Shown: positions 20,204 to 30,607 of the stretch, one piece after another | Layout of the letters: each line of letters begins with the position of its first letter | Position numbering within the stretch: the first letter of the stretch is position 1 | Assembly: GCA_018660265.1 (NCBI GenBank) | Contig: JABJKS010000013.1 | Span: 10,603 to 74,602 of the forward strand | DNA: 64,000 nucleotides | Source of the DNA: Rhodospirillaceae bacterium | GTDB lineage: Bacteria; Pseudomonadota; Alphaproteobacteria; GCA-2731375 | Reading direction: 5' to 3' | Made by a program: the position numbers and the translations under genes | Notes under the pieces: generated by a model | Told to the model about the DNA's origin: nothing | What the model saw: the letters and a program-made list of their open reading frames with translations, nothing else | Database searches by the model: none

Positions 20204-21610
20204 ATGCTAAATGCGCAGACGTTATACGATAAAATATGGGAAAGCCACGTCGTCCACGAGCCCCGAGAAGGCTTTTGGAATCTCTACATTGATCGCCACC
20301 TTGTACATGAGTTCACCAGCCCGCAGGCTTTCGAAGGGCTGCGGGCAGCGGGTCGCAAGGTGCGGCGCCCCGACGCAACACTGGCCGTGGCCGATCACAC
20401 CGTGCCGACGACCAATCGCATCCAAGTCATAGATGACAAGGGAAGTCGGATCCTGGTCGAAACACTGAGAGAAAACTGCAAAGCCTTCGGCGTCCCTCTC
20501 TTCGACATGAACGATCCACGCCAGGGTATCGTTCACGTCATCGGCCCGGAGCAAGGCTTCACCCAACCTGGCACCACCATCGTCTGCGGCGACGCCCACG
20601 CCGCCACGCATGGTGCCTTCGGCGCGCTTACCTTTGCGATTGGCATAACGGAGGTGGAGAATGTGCTAGCAACACAGACGCTGTTCCGACAGCGCTCGCG
20701 AAACATGAAGGTTACCGTCGAAGGAAATTTGCCGATAGGTTGCTCGGCGAAGGATCTAATTCTGTCGATTGTTGGCAAGATTGGCACCGCAGGAGGCGCT
20801 GGGCATGTGATCGAGTATACCGGCCCGGCGATCAGCGCTCTCTCGATGGAAGGCCGAATGACGGTGTGCAATATGAGCATTGAAATGGGTGCGCGGGCCG
20901 GCCTTATCGCGCCTGACGAGACCACGTTCGCTTACATGAAGGGCCGGCCCATGACGCCCCAAGGTGCCGATTTCGACGCCGCCGTCGAATACTGGAAGAC
21001 ACTGTCGAGCGATACCGGAGCGCATTACGATACCGAATTGACGCTCGACGCCGGCGAGATAGTGCCCCACGTCACTTGGGGCACCAGTCCCGAGGATGTG
21101 TTGCCGATCACGGCCTCCATTCCCGATCCCTCAGCAGTATCCGAACCCGATAAACGGGCTTCGATGGAGCGCGCACTGACCTATATGGGTCTCGAAGTCG
21201 GCGAGCCAATAGCTGGGATCACCATCGACCGGGTTTTTATCGGCTCCTGCACCAACGGTCGGATCGAGGATTTGAGGGTTGCCGCCGAGGTCGCCAAGGG
21301 TCGCAAGGTCGCTGCAAACGTCAACGCCATGGTCGTGCCGGGCTCTGGCCTGGTCAAGACTGAGGCTGAGTCAGAGGGTCTGGACAAGATCTTTCGCGAG
21401 GCTGGATTCGAATGGCGCGAACCTGGCTGTTCGATGTGCATAGCGATGAACGCTGATCACCTGGAACCGGGCGAACGCTGTGCCTCAACTTCGAACCGGA
21501 ACTTCGCGGGTTGGCAGGGGTTCGGCGGGAGGACCCACTTGATAAGCCCCGCGATGGCCGCCGCCGCCGCCGTAACAGGCCGCCTGACCGACGTGCGCAA
21601 ACTGATCTGA
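20204..21610 (+). CDS. leuC: 3-isopropylmalate dehydratase large-subunit paralog (orphan, divergent active site)
   Basis: [18 protein letters not shown] and GCSMC Fe-S ligands, STSNRNF; no leuD adjacent. Confidence 0.88.
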   Translation: MLNAQTLYDKIWESHVVHEPREGFWNLYIDRHLVHEFTSPQAFEGLRAAGRKVRRPDATLAVADHTVPTTNRIQVIDDKGSRILVETLRENCKAFGVPLFDMNDPRQGIVHVIGPEQGFTQPGTTIVCGDAHAATHGAFGALTFAIGITEVENVLATQTLFRQRSRNMKVTVEGNLPIGCSAKDLILSIVGKIGTAGGAGHVIEYTGPAISALSMEGRMTVCNMSIEMGARAGLIAPDETTFAYMKGRPMTPQGADFDAAVEYWKTLSSDTGAHYDTELTLDAGEIVPHVTWGTSPEDVLPITASIPDPSAVSEPDKRASMERALTYMGLEVGEPIAGITIDRVFIGSCTNGRIEDLRVAAEVAKGRKVAANVNAMVVPGSGLVKTEAESEGLDKIFREAGFEWREPGCSMCIAMNADHLEPGERCASTSNRNFAGWQGFGGRTHLISPAMAAAAAVTGRLTDVRKLI

Positions 21611-21719
21611 GGAGACAGATATATAGAAAACTCCGGCACATTCGACGAACTGTTTTAAACCCGGAAAGCAGAATTTTTGATGTCATGGTCACTACTGGGG
21701 GATTAGAGGAAATAGACCT

Positions 21720-21791
21720 GATTACGGCGACAGTTTATTGAATAGGAATGCGACCGGGATGGGAGCGAGTTAAATAGACTGCCACCGGAAT
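21720..21791. repeat. ~70-bp palindromic REP/MITE-like element, copy 2
   Basis: ATTACGGCGACAGTTTATT ... AATAGACTGCCACCGGAAT form imperfect 19-bp inverted arms (15/19). Confidence 0.75.
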
Positions 21792-21792
21792 G

Positions 21793-21824
21793 AAATGGCA
21801 CAAGGCCATCGCCGCGCATTCATA
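21793..21824 (+). repeat. 32-bp direct repeat, right copy
   Basis: AAATGGCACAAGGCCATCGCCGCGCATTCATA(G) encodes KWHKAIAAHS-stop. Confidence 0.92.
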
Positions 21825-21842
21825 GGATAGGTTCGATAGGAG

Positions 21843-24221
21843 CTATTTCCGGGCCCGGTTGAAGGCCTCTGCCAATGCCGTCAGGTTGGCGGCGGATGGT
21901 TGTTGCGCCTTTTTTTGACTGCTCTTTTGAGGTCGCCCACCGCTCTTGCCTTTGTCTTTGACCTTGTTTTGTGGCTTGGCCACTTTTGCGGGGCGCTGTT
22001 GTTTGTCAGGTTTCGGACGGGAGGAATTTGACGTCTTGTGGCTTTCGCCCATTTTCATGGTCAGTGAAATGCGTTTTCGGGGCAGATCGATTTCCTGCAC
22101 CTTCACCTTGACCACATCGCCGGGTTTGGCCACGTCGCGGGGGTCTTTCACGAACGTATCGGATAGTTGCGAGATGTGAACCAGGCCGTCCTGGTGCACG
22201 CCAACATCCACGAAGGCCCCGAAATTGGCCACATTGGTGACGACGCCTTCCAAAATCATGCCCGGCTCCAGATCCGAGACTTTCTCAACGCCATCCTTGA
22301 AGGCGGCGGTTTTGAATTCCGGCCTGGGGTCGCGCCCGGGCTTTTTCAATTCGTTGATAATATCCCGTACGGTGACTTCGCCGAATGTGTCGTCGGTGAA
22401 ATCGCCGGGCTCAATATCATTCAGGGTATGGCTATCACCAATCAGCTGGCGGACATCCGCCTTGGTCGCCTGCAGAATGCGTTCCACTACAGCGTAGGCC
22501 TCCGGATGCACGGTGGATCGATCCAGGGGATTATCGCCTTCCATGATGCGGAGGAAGCCGGCGCATTGTTCAAACGTCTTATCACCCAGCAGGGGTACCT
22601 TCTTTAGATCTTCGCGGCAGGCAAAGGCACCATAGGCGTCCCGGTACTCGACAATATTCCGGGCCAGGGCACTGCCCAGGCCGGAAACCCGGGCCAGCAG
22701 GGGCGATGAGGCCATGTTCAGATCTACCCCGACCGCATTGACGCAATCCTCCACCACCGCATCCAGGGCATGGCCCAGGCGGTATTCGGACAGATCATGT
22801 TGATATTGCCCGACGCCAATGGCTTTCGGCTCAATCTTGACCAGCTCCGCCAGCGGGTCCTGCAGGCGACGCCCGATGGAGGCCGCACCGCGCAGAGACA
22901 CATCGACATCGGGGAATTCGCTGGAGGCATATTCAGATGCCGAATAAACAGAGGCACCTGCTTCGGACACCATAACCTTGGTCAGGGGTAAATCGCCGTG
23001 CAGCTTCATCACCTCGGCTGCCAGCTTGTCGGTCTCCCTTGATGCAGTACCGTTGCCGATGGAGATCAATTCCACCTTATGACGCTTACACAGGGTCGCG
23101 ATTTCCGCGATGGCCTGATCCCATTTGCGCTGTGGTTCGTGGGGATAGATGGTTGTGGTGTCCACCAGCTTGCCGGTGCCATTCACAACGGCAATTTTGA
23201 CGCCGCTGCGATAGCCCGGATCCAACGCGATGGTGGCCCGCGGGCCGGCAGGTGCGGCCAGCAATAAATCCCGCAGGTTTTCGGCAAAGACGTGGATGCC
23301 CTCTTCCTCGGCCGCCGTCCACAGGCGGCTCATCAATTCCAGCTCCACATGCATGGCGGCCTTGACCCGCCAGGTCCAACCAGCGACGGACAGCAACCAG
23401 GCATCGCCTGGGCGACCCTGATCGGCAATGGCGAAATGATTGGCGATTTTCTGCTCGCACGGGTGGGGACGGGGCGGTGCGTCCGGATCACCAATGGCCA
23501 GGCTGACCCGCAAGATTTCTTCCTTACGACCGCGAAAAACCGCCAGGGCCCGGTGGGAAGGGACCTTTTTGACCGCCTCGCCATAATCGAAATAGTCCTT
23601 GAATTTGGCCCCGGCCGCCTCCTGCCCCTCAATCACGCGGGATACAAGTTGGGCGTTGTCCCAGATGTATTCCCGCAGGGTACCGATCAACTCCGCATCC
23701 TCGGCGAATTGTTCCACCAGGATCTGCTTGGCCCCATCCAGGGCCGCCTCCACATCCACAACCTTGGTGTCGTCGTCCACATCCGGGCGCAGATAGTTGG
23801 CCGCCTCGTCCGAAGGCGTCAGACTTGGATCGGCCAACAGGGCCTCCGCCAAGGGTGCCAGGCCCGCCTCCCGGGCGATCTGCGCCTTGGTCCGCCGCTT
23901 TGGCTTATAGGGCAGATACAGATCCTCCAACCGCGCCTTGCTATCTGCGGCATTGAGCGACAGACGCAGGGCATCGGTCATCTTGTCCTGATCTTCGATG
24001 GAGGAAATGATCGCGGCTCGGCGGTCTTCCAACTCCCGCAAGTAGCGCAGGCGCTCCTCCAGGGTGCGCAGCTGGATATCATCCAGGCCCCCCGTCGCCT
24101 CCTTGCGATAACGCGCCACAAACGGCACCGTGGCCCCGCCATCCAACAGATCGACAGTGGCAACGACCTGGGCCTCCTGAACGGTCAGTTCCTCGGCTAT
24201 ACGAGCGGAAATCGTTTTCAT
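21843..24221 (-). CDS. tex: Tex family RNA-binding transcriptional accessory protein
   Basis: [32 protein letters not shown] and a C-terminal S1 domain ([18 protein letters not shown]). Confidence 0.96.
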   Translation of the reverse strand: MKTISARIAEELTVQEAQVVATVDLLDGGATVPFVARYRKEATGGLDDIQLRTLEERLRYLRELEDRRAAIISSIEDQDKMTDALRLSLNAADSKARLEDLYLPYKPKRRTKAQIAREAGLAPLAEALLADPSLTPSDEAANYLRPDVDDDTKVVDVEAALDGAKQILVEQFAEDAELIGTLREYIWDNAQLVSRVIEGQEAAGAKFKDYFDYGEAVKKVPSHRALAVFRGRKEEILRVSLAIGDPDAPPRPHPCEQKIANHFAIADQGRPGDAWLLSVAGWTWRVKAAMHVELELMSRLWTAAEEEGIHVFAENLRDLLLAAPAGPRATIALDPGYRSGVKIAVVNGTGKLVDTTTIYPHEPQRKWDQAIAEIATLCKRHKVELISIGNGTASRETDKLAAEVMKLHGDLPLTKVMVSEAGASVYSASEYASSEFPDVDVSLRGAASIGRRLQDPLAELVKIEPKAIGVGQYQHDLSEYRLGHALDAVVEDCVNAVGVDLNMASSPLLARVSGLGSALARNIVEYRDAYGAFACREDLKKVPLLGDKTFEQCAGFLRIMEGDNPLDRSTVHPEAYAVVERILQATKADVRQLIGDSHTLNDIEPGDFTDDTFGEVTVRDIINELKKPGRDPRPEFKTAAFKDGVEKVSDLEPGMILEGVVTNVANFGAFVDVGVHQDGLVHISQLSDTFVKDPRDVAKPGDVVKVKVQEIDLPRKRISLTMKMGESHKTSNSSRPKPDKQQRPAKVAKPQNKVKDKGKSGGRPQKSSQKKAQQPSAANLTALAEAFNRARK

Positions 24222-24676
24222 CAAAGACCTCGGTTACTATTTGGCAGGCAACGGGGCGGCCCTTGTATCCCCGCAGCAAAGCCCCCGCAAGGTCACTCTT
24301 ACAAGCCGTTAAAACCGCCAATTTTCACACCAAGGCGGGGTGTGGGCAATGCGGCGTCTGGCGAATCATGCGCCACAGACTGGTACAAGATAACGACACG
24401 TGGGGACCGTTCTGTTTGGCAGCATTCATGTCAGGGGCGTCCATAACTCGACTATGGGGCGGTAGATTTTCTTTATTGGCCGTTATCAGGTTCCATCAGT
24501 CGTTTATTGCCATTTTGACTTTGTATCAGGCCGCTACATATTGAGGCTGGGGGCACTGTTAAAGTTAACGGGACGCATGGCGTCTATGTGATGATATACA
24601 ACGCGGATATTGACGTGGTATGGCACCAAAATTGGGGCTTAACATACCCGTGTGGGGACTTGGGGAATGAAGAAAA

Positions 24677-25576
24677 ATGACAAGACGCAATAATTTGTTG
24701 CTTGTGATTGGCGGCATGCTGCTGTTTGCCTCGGCGATTGCCTATTTCGCTGGCGTACCCAAGTGGTCGGCGCGGTTAGCGCATAACTGGTCATGGACAT
24801 CACAATATTCCGGAACTGTTGCCTGGGCCGACACGACAGGACAATTCGCCGAGAGGAAATCCCCCACGGACGCGAAACGCGAATTCACCATCGAAGAGAT
24901 CGATAGCGCGAAAGGCATCGTAAAAATCAAAGACCATTATCAAACAGTAGACCCGAAATCGGGTGAAGTTAATTGGGAATCCGTGCTCTATTTCTCCGTC
25001 AATCGAAATACCGGTCGCTCGGAAGATTCTAAAGAAGGTGAAGTATTTGGGCTGTTCCCTCGCTTTACTGAAAAACGGAACTATCTTATCGACATGAGCT
25101 ACCTGAACCCGATTGAGATGAAATATCTCCAGCAGGAGAAAGTTGGCAATTTAACCGCATATCTTTTCGAATACCGGGGTGGAGCCGAATACACTGAAAG
25201 TTATTTGGGCACAAAAGATTATCAGGGCATCAAAGTTAAGCCCGGGCAGCAGGTTCTTTGCACGGAAGAGAGCTATATATTCACCTTATGGATCGAACCG
25301 GTCACGGGGGAAATCATCAAATGGCGGGAAGGTTGTTATGCGGGCGATGCGCTTTTTGACATGGCTGCGGGGCAAAAACTTTATAACCTTTCACAGTGGG
25401 ATGGCGAAATGTCTACCGCGAGCACCGACGCAACCGTAGACCGCTTACAGTGGGAACGGTTGCGGCTGCTCTTCCTCGTTCGCTACCTTTGGCCGGGTTT
25501 AGCGATTATGGGCGTTGTTATTGCTTGTCTTGGACTTGTGCTACAGAAACGGCACGGCGTTTCGAGCCGCGCCTGA
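24677..25576 (+). CDS. DUF3068/PorA-like membrane-anchored protein
   Basis: N- and C-terminal hydrophobic helices, beta-rich middle, VNRNTG and WIEPVTGEII motifs resembling DUF3068. Confidence 0.6.
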   Translation: MTRRNNLLLVIGGMLLFASAIAYFAGVPKWSARLAHNWSWTSQYSGTVAWADTTGQFAERKSPTDAKREFTIEEIDSAKGIVKIKDHYQTVDPKSGEVNWESVLYFSVNRNTGRSEDSKEGEVFGLFPRFTEKRNYLIDMSYLNPIEMKYLQQEKVGNLTAYLFEYRGGAEYTESYLGTKDYQGIKVKPGQQVLCTEESYIFTLWIEPVTGEIIKWREGCYAGDALFDMAAGQKLYNLSQWDGEMSTASTDATVDRLQWERLRLLFLVRYLWPGLAIMGVVIACLGLVLQKRHGVSSRA

Positions 25577-25586
25577 ACCAGCAGAC

Positions 25587-27908
25587 ATGAATTTTTTTGC
25601 CAAACAATCCCTCACCTTTAAATGCCTGAGCATTTTCATCGCATTGTTTGCCCTGCTTTTGTTGGTCGTCATATTGTTCCAGGCGCGGCAAAATCAGCAT
25701 GCCCTCGAAAACCAGAACCGCCGCAACGTTGAAAGCCTGTTTGCCTTTACCGCCGATGTTCTGGCCGTTAATCCGGAATTGTTTCGAAGTGACGGTCTGC
25801 AGGATATCATTCGTCGTTTCGCGAAGAACGGCAGTGGCTTCGGTCGGATCAGCATCGTTGATCACAATCTGATCGTCATTGCGGATTCGGAGCGAGCGGC
25901 AATCGGTCAAACAAGTGAATTCGAAGGGCCCGCAACGGTGCTTCAGACCGGACGGGCCGGACACATACATCCCGGTCCGAACAGTGGGGATGGCTCCCAT
26001 GACAGTGTTGGTACTCATGAAGATAGCCGCGCAATTTTTGGCGCCTACGATCCAGTTCGAAAATCGAATGTGATCGGCGTCATGACGATCTCCTATCAGG
26101 TAACGCCGCCATTCTTCAATGTGACGCCAGCGCTGTTCTGGTTCATGTTGCTGGTGTCCTTTTCTGTTGTCATCTGCGGGCTTGTCGTTTGGTACGCGCT
26201 GTGGCGATTGTTGGTACGTCCCATGAACCAGCTGATGGTGGGGATACAGCGGTTCGGCACGGGCGGGTTATCCTACCGATTGGATATGGACGTGGACGGC
26301 GCGTTTGGCGACATGACGCGGGCCATAAATGATATGGCGGACAATTTGGAACAGGGACAGCGGGATAGCGAGACGTCCCAGGCCCACATTCGAAATAACG
26401 AAATACTACTGCGAAGCATAATTGATCAGATGCCGGCACTCGTCTCATTGAAAGACCTTCAAGGACGATACCTCATGGCCAACAAGGGGTTCGAAACCAT
26501 CATCGGCACGCGCCGTGAAGATGTTATTGGCAAAACCTCATTTGAAATTGGCCTTGATAAAGCCGCCGCTCAATCCATTACTCTGCAGGATCGTCGGGTT
26601 CTTGAAACCGGCGTTGCACAATTCGAGGAGCGAAAGTTCGAGACGGAAAGTGGTTCGTATTTTCGAAATGGCGTGAAATTTCCAGTGTTCGATGCAAACG
26701 GCGTGATGACAGGGATTGGCACAGTTTCAGTCGACATTGCCGAGCGAAAGGCCATCGAAGACCAGTTGCGACAGGCCCAGAAGATGGAGGTCGTGGGCCA
26801 ATTGACCGGCGGCGTCGCGCATGATTTCAACAATCTGCTTGGCGTCATCATCGGAAACCTGGATTTTCTTGGAGAGGAAATCGATGGCAATAAAGATCAA
26901 GAAGAATATGTTGCAATAGCAACACGCGCTTCGTTGCAGGCGGCGGAATTGACGAACCGCCTTCTTGCCTTCTCGCGTCGACAGGCTCTGAGCCCGAAAA
27001 TTGTTGATTTAAACGCGCTGATCCACGGAATGACGGATTTGCTGGAGCGGACCCTCGGAGAGACGATAAGTATACGTGCTATTCTGCCGGCTGATTTGAA
27101 ATTGGTGCTCGTCGATGCAAGCCAACTCGAAACCGCATTACTTAATCTGGCGGTGAATGCGCTTCATGCAATGCCCGGCGGTGGGCTGTTGACCATCGAG
27201 ACCTGCAATACCGAACTCGACCGCGAATATACTGAACGGCACGACGAAGTCGCGGCTGGCGATTATGTGATGATGGCAATATCCGACACCGGAGTAGGGA
27301 TGTCTTCGGATGTTTTGGACCAGGTGTTTGAGCCGTTTTTCACGACCAAGGATGTGGGCGAAGGAAGCGGACTCGGTTTGAGCATGGTGTTCGGCTTTCT
27401 AAAACAATCAGGCGGTCACATATCGATATACAGCGAAGAAGGCGAAGGAACGACCGTGAAACTGTATTTTCCGGTCTCTAAGGTTGATACGCAGCCGTCA
27501 ATCGCGGACTCCGAGCCGGCCGCCATTCCATTGGGTTCAGGGGAAACTGTTCTTATCGTCGAAGACAACTTGGATCTGTTGAACATGGCGGTGAAATGTG
27601 TCTCCAGCCTTGGATACAAGACCTTAACCGCGTTAAATGCACAGGAAGCGCTCACAGTATTTGGTGACGGAGCAGGCATTGACGTACTTTTCACCGATGT
27701 TGTGCTGCCAGGGGGGGTGAATGGCGTTGCGCTCGCAAAAGCGGCGTTGGAACGGCGGCCAACTCTGCGCGTCCTATACACATCGGGATATACCGAAAAC
27801 GCAATTGTACATAACGGCGTTATCGATGACGACATAGTGCTTGTTGAAAAGCCATATCGTCGGGAAACGTTGTCATATCGGCTACGCGAAATACTCGGAG
27901 GAAATTGA
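25587..27908 (+). CDS. Hybrid sensor histidine kinase (2TM-HAMP-PAS-HisKA-HATPase-REC)
   Basis: AHDFNNLL H-box, NLAVNA, DTGVG, FFTTK, GSGLGL and FTDVVLP receiver motifs. Confidence 0.95.
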   Translation: MNFFAKQSLTFKCLSIFIALFALLLLVVILFQARQNQHALENQNRRNVESLFAFTADVLAVNPELFRSDGLQDIIRRFAKNGSGFGRISIVDHNLIVIADSERAAIGQTSEFEGPATVLQTGRAGHIHPGPNSGDGSHDSVGTHEDSRAIFGAYDPVRKSNVIGVMTISYQVTPPFFNVTPALFWFMLLVSFSVVICGLVVWYALWRLLVRPMNQLMVGIQRFGTGGLSYRLDMDVDGAFGDMTRAINDMADNLEQGQRDSETSQAHIRNNEILLRSIIDQMPALVSLKDLQGRYLMANKGFETIIGTRREDVIGKTSFEIGLDKAAAQSITLQDRRVLETGVAQFEERKFETESGSYFRNGVKFPVFDANGVMTGIGTVSVDIAERKAIEDQLRQAQKMEVVGQLTGGVAHDFNNLLGVIIGNLDFLGEEIDGNKDQEEYVAIATRASLQAAELTNRLLAFSRRQALSPKIVDLNALIHGMTDLLERTLGETISIRAILPADLKLVLVDASQLETALLNLAVNALHAMPGGGLLTIETCNTELDREYTERHDEVAAGDYVMMAISDTGVGMSSDVLDQVFEPFFTTKDVGEGSGLGLSMVFGFLKQSGGHISIYSEEGEGTTVKLYFPVSKVDTQPSIADSEPAAIPLGSGETVLIVEDNLDLLNMAVKCVSSLGYKTLTALNAQEALTVFGDGAGIDVLFTDVVLPGGVNGVALAKAALERRPTLRVLYTSGYTENAIVHNGVIDDDIVLVEKPYRRETLSYRLREILGGN

Positions 27909-28097
27909 CGGGACCGCCGGTCAAGGGATGATTTCTGGCCTCCAGCCCGAAATGTCTATCTGTAATTATGCAGTCAGGTTGCGCAATTCGGCAGTTCTGA
28001 ATGGCTTCCAAATAACCGAGACATCCGATCCATTAATTCTCTCTGACGCTGCGCCCATCCTGTGTGCGCATGTCGTAAACAATAAAGCCTTGAGAAT

Positions 28098-30602
28098 TTA
28101 GGCGTCGGGCCAGTCTTCCACGTCGAGAATTTGGAAGCGGGCAGGCTCATCACCGGCCAGATATTTCTCCCAGATAATCTCATAGCCGCGTTCCAGGTTT
28201 CGAACCCACCTATCCGTTTGCAGCAACACAACGTCATCGCGTTGATCATGCATGCGCTGGCGCAATGCCTGCAGACGGGCCGGGTCGTGAAACAGTGCCA
28301 CGGCGGTTTCAACATAAGCTTCGAGATCATGTACGAACAATTCAGGTGTGCCGCCGGCTTTGAGGAGGGCCAGGTTTGGTTGCGGTAAGGGGAAGGAAAC
28401 CTTCGCACTCACGGTCGGTGTGCCTGCAATGATGGAGTCCACCGTGGTGACACCACCTGGATGATAATAAGTATCAAGCAGCAGATCGCACAATTGAACC
28501 CGGCGTAGATGGTCCGTACGGCTGTAAAAACTTCCGAATATAATCCTGTCCGGATCAACACCCTGTTCTTGTGCCATTTTAAAGATGTTGGCCTTTGCAT
28601 CAGGGATCCATTCCATCAACAGCAGCTTGCTACCGGGCGTTCGTTTGAGAATTTCCATCCAGGCGGCAAAGCATTCCGGATCATACTTACAAGAATGATT
28701 GAAATCCGCAAAAAGGAAGCAATCATCAGGCAGCAAAAAATCTTGTCGCCTTGCGGTTGGCAACCCGACCTCCAGCATTTCAGCGGGCATGGCCACATGC
28801 GGCATATAAAATGGTTTCTCCACATACAACGATGCGAATTCTTCATTTAGGTAGGCTGTATCATTGTGGGAATAGTCATAGAATTCTGCCCCGCCGATAA
28901 TTTGAAAGCCACTGGGCCCGTGCAGGATAATTGGTGCCGGGCGCAACGCTGCCACATCCATGCAGTGGCGGGCAAAATGCCCGGTCGTGTCGATCAGGAT
29001 ATCAACGTCATCCCGATAGATCATTTGCGCCGTAAGTACCGCCTCATCCATTGAGAAGGAGGCGAATTTGTCGAAATGATCTATAAAATCATGGTTGTTA
29101 CCGTCGGACGTCTGTGGGCTGACGGAATAACCGTATAGTTCAAATCTGCTTTTGTCGTGACGACTGACAAACGAGCGCACCGCCGCAGTGTGACTGTTTG
29201 CGTGGCTATAGGGAAGCATGATGCCAAGTCGGATTTTTTTCCGCCGTGTCTTGTTGAACGTGAAATTGGCGCGGGCCCGCTCCTCTGCATAGCGCTGGTA
29301 AATTTCCGCGCTTTTGTATCTGGCCGCGCGGGCGATTTGTGCATAGTCGAGACCGAGCGGGAACAAATTCCATACATCAATTTTCAACGGCTGGCCCGCT
29401 TCCATCACCGCGTCGATCTCACGCAGCATATCCTCACAGATAGCGTTCTTTTCGCCCCATTTGCAGAGCGACAATTGAGTCTCAAGCAAGAGTGAGCGTG
29501 AGGTATAATCGCCTGGGTCAAGTTCTAGGATACGGCTATACAATTGGTTGGCCAGTTCATGAAGCATGGCTTCGTGTGCGGCGAAGGCAATCTGCTTTAG
29601 CCGCTCCGCGTCATCATCAAGAATTTCTGCGGCTTCTGAGCAAAGCCGGTTCATCATTTCTCTTGATAAGACGGATCGCCTTAGCTGAACGACATGGATG
29701 AGGTCGTCCGGGGATAAAGCTTTTAAGTTCTGGAAAGATTTTTCCAAATACTGCTCTGCCCGGTCATGCTGGTCCATTTCCCTGGCAAAGGCGCTGGCCA
29801 GGAAATTGGACTTTGGGTTTTCCGGGTCTAACGACAGCATGCGCTCAAAAATGTCTTCGTGATTTGTTGCTTCTTCATGCTCAATCAAGGCGGACGCCGC
29901 GTCATGAAAGATGTCGGGATCACTGGAAAGCGTGCAGAGTTTTAAATGGACCTCCCTTGCTGCAGGCCAGTCGTTCCTGAACCCATGCACCACGGCTTGG
30001 ACAGTCCAGAATTTTTCATTGTCGGGTTCAAGCGTACAGGCGTGGGTAATCGATTGTACCGCCGCTGTGATGCTGTTCGCCCTTAACTCGAACTGTGCCA
30101 GGTCAAACCATAGTTCGGCTTTATCGGGGTTGGCTTCGGCGGTTTTGCGCATTACGGATGCCGCAGCGCCGTAATTTCTTTCCTCATGAAGAATACTTGC
30201 TAAACCGACGGCTGCGTCGATGAATTCGGGGTGTTTTCGGGCCGTATGTTCCAAAATAATACGCCCGATCTCCGGTCGTTCTGCCCCCAAATAAATTGCG
30301 GCAAGGCGCAACAGAGCGACTTCGCTGATTGGAAATGCGGTAATATCAGCGATCAACTCATGTGTTTCAGAACCGAAAAGCGTCCTGCAAAATTCCAGTG
30401 CGTCATCTTCCCGATCCTGTTCAAGCAGAAGGTCGCAGAGTTGTATCAGTGTTGCGATATGGAATGGGTCAGCTTCAAGTATTTGCTCATATTGCTGCAA
30501 TGCCTTCGGAATATCACCCTGCCGTTCCAGATCACGGCCTTGGCGAAATGCTGTTGCGACATTTTCGTTGAATTCGGTTTGAGATGCTCCGACGATCATC
30601 AT
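28098..30602 (-). CDS. TPR-containing GT41 (O-GlcNAc transferase/SPINDLY-like) protein glycosyltransferase
   Basis: Helical TPR-like N-terminus; KKIRLG, DILIDTTGH, ALRPAPI, FNHSCKY and DLLLDTYYHPGGVTT motifs. Confidence 0.88.
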   Translation of the reverse strand: MMIVGASQTEFNENVATAFRQGRDLERQGDIPKALQQYEQILEADPFHIATLIQLCDLLLEQDREDDALEFCRTLFGSETHELIADITAFPISEVALLRLAAIYLGAERPEIGRIILEHTARKHPEFIDAAVGLASILHEERNYGAAASVMRKTAEANPDKAELWFDLAQFELRANSITAAVQSITHACTLEPDNEKFWTVQAVVHGFRNDWPAAREVHLKLCTLSSDPDIFHDAASALIEHEEATNHEDIFERMLSLDPENPKSNFLASAFAREMDQHDRAEQYLEKSFQNLKALSPDDLIHVVQLRRSVLSREMMNRLCSEAAEILDDDAERLKQIAFAAHEAMLHELANQLYSRILELDPGDYTSRSLLLETQLSLCKWGEKNAICEDMLREIDAVMEAGQPLKIDVWNLFPLGLDYAQIARAARYKSAEIYQRYAEERARANFTFNKTRRKKIRLGIMLPYSHANSHTAAVRSFVSRHDKSRFELYGYSVSPQTSDGNNHDFIDHFDKFASFSMDEAVLTAQMIYRDDVDILIDTTGHFARHCMDVAALRPAPIILHGPSGFQIIGGAEFYDYSHNDTAYLNEEFASLYVEKPFYMPHVAMPAEMLEVGLPTARRQDFLLPDDCFLFADFNHSCKYDPECFAAWMEILKRTPGSKLLLMEWIPDAKANIFKMAQEQGVDPDRIIFGSFYSRTDHLRRVQLCDLLLDTYYHPGGVTTVDSIIAGTPTVSAKVSFPLPQPNLALLKAGGTPELFVHDLEAYVETAVALFHDPARLQALRQRMHDQRDDVVLLQTDRWVRNLERGYEIIWEKYLAGDEPARFQILDVEDWPDA

Positions 30603-30607
30603 GCCAC

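Larger units (their letters stand above)
16528..21824. mobile_element. Putative inserted islet (5265 bp between repeat starts), no recombinase gene
   Basis: Flanked by a 32-bp direct repeat duplicating a gene 3' end; carries four cargo genes. Confidence 0.65.

Noticed and set aside
20004-21791. Palindromic repeats considered as a CRISPR array or integron attC sites
   Set aside because: Only two copies 1.7 kb apart, no cas or intI gene, and no clear RYYYAAC/GTTRRRY ends.
23292-24446. 384-aa plus-strand ORF, and similar long antisense ORFs (2827-3738, 8623-9564, 36429-37427, 45204-46124, 56541-57299)
   Set aside because: Antisense shadows of well-supported genes, expected from GC-rich codon bias; no recognisable motifs.
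24556-24645. TTAA/TTAAC words and TGGCAC upstream of the DUF3068-like gene as CtrA or sigma54 sites
   Set aside because: Spacing and second half-sites do not fit either consensus.
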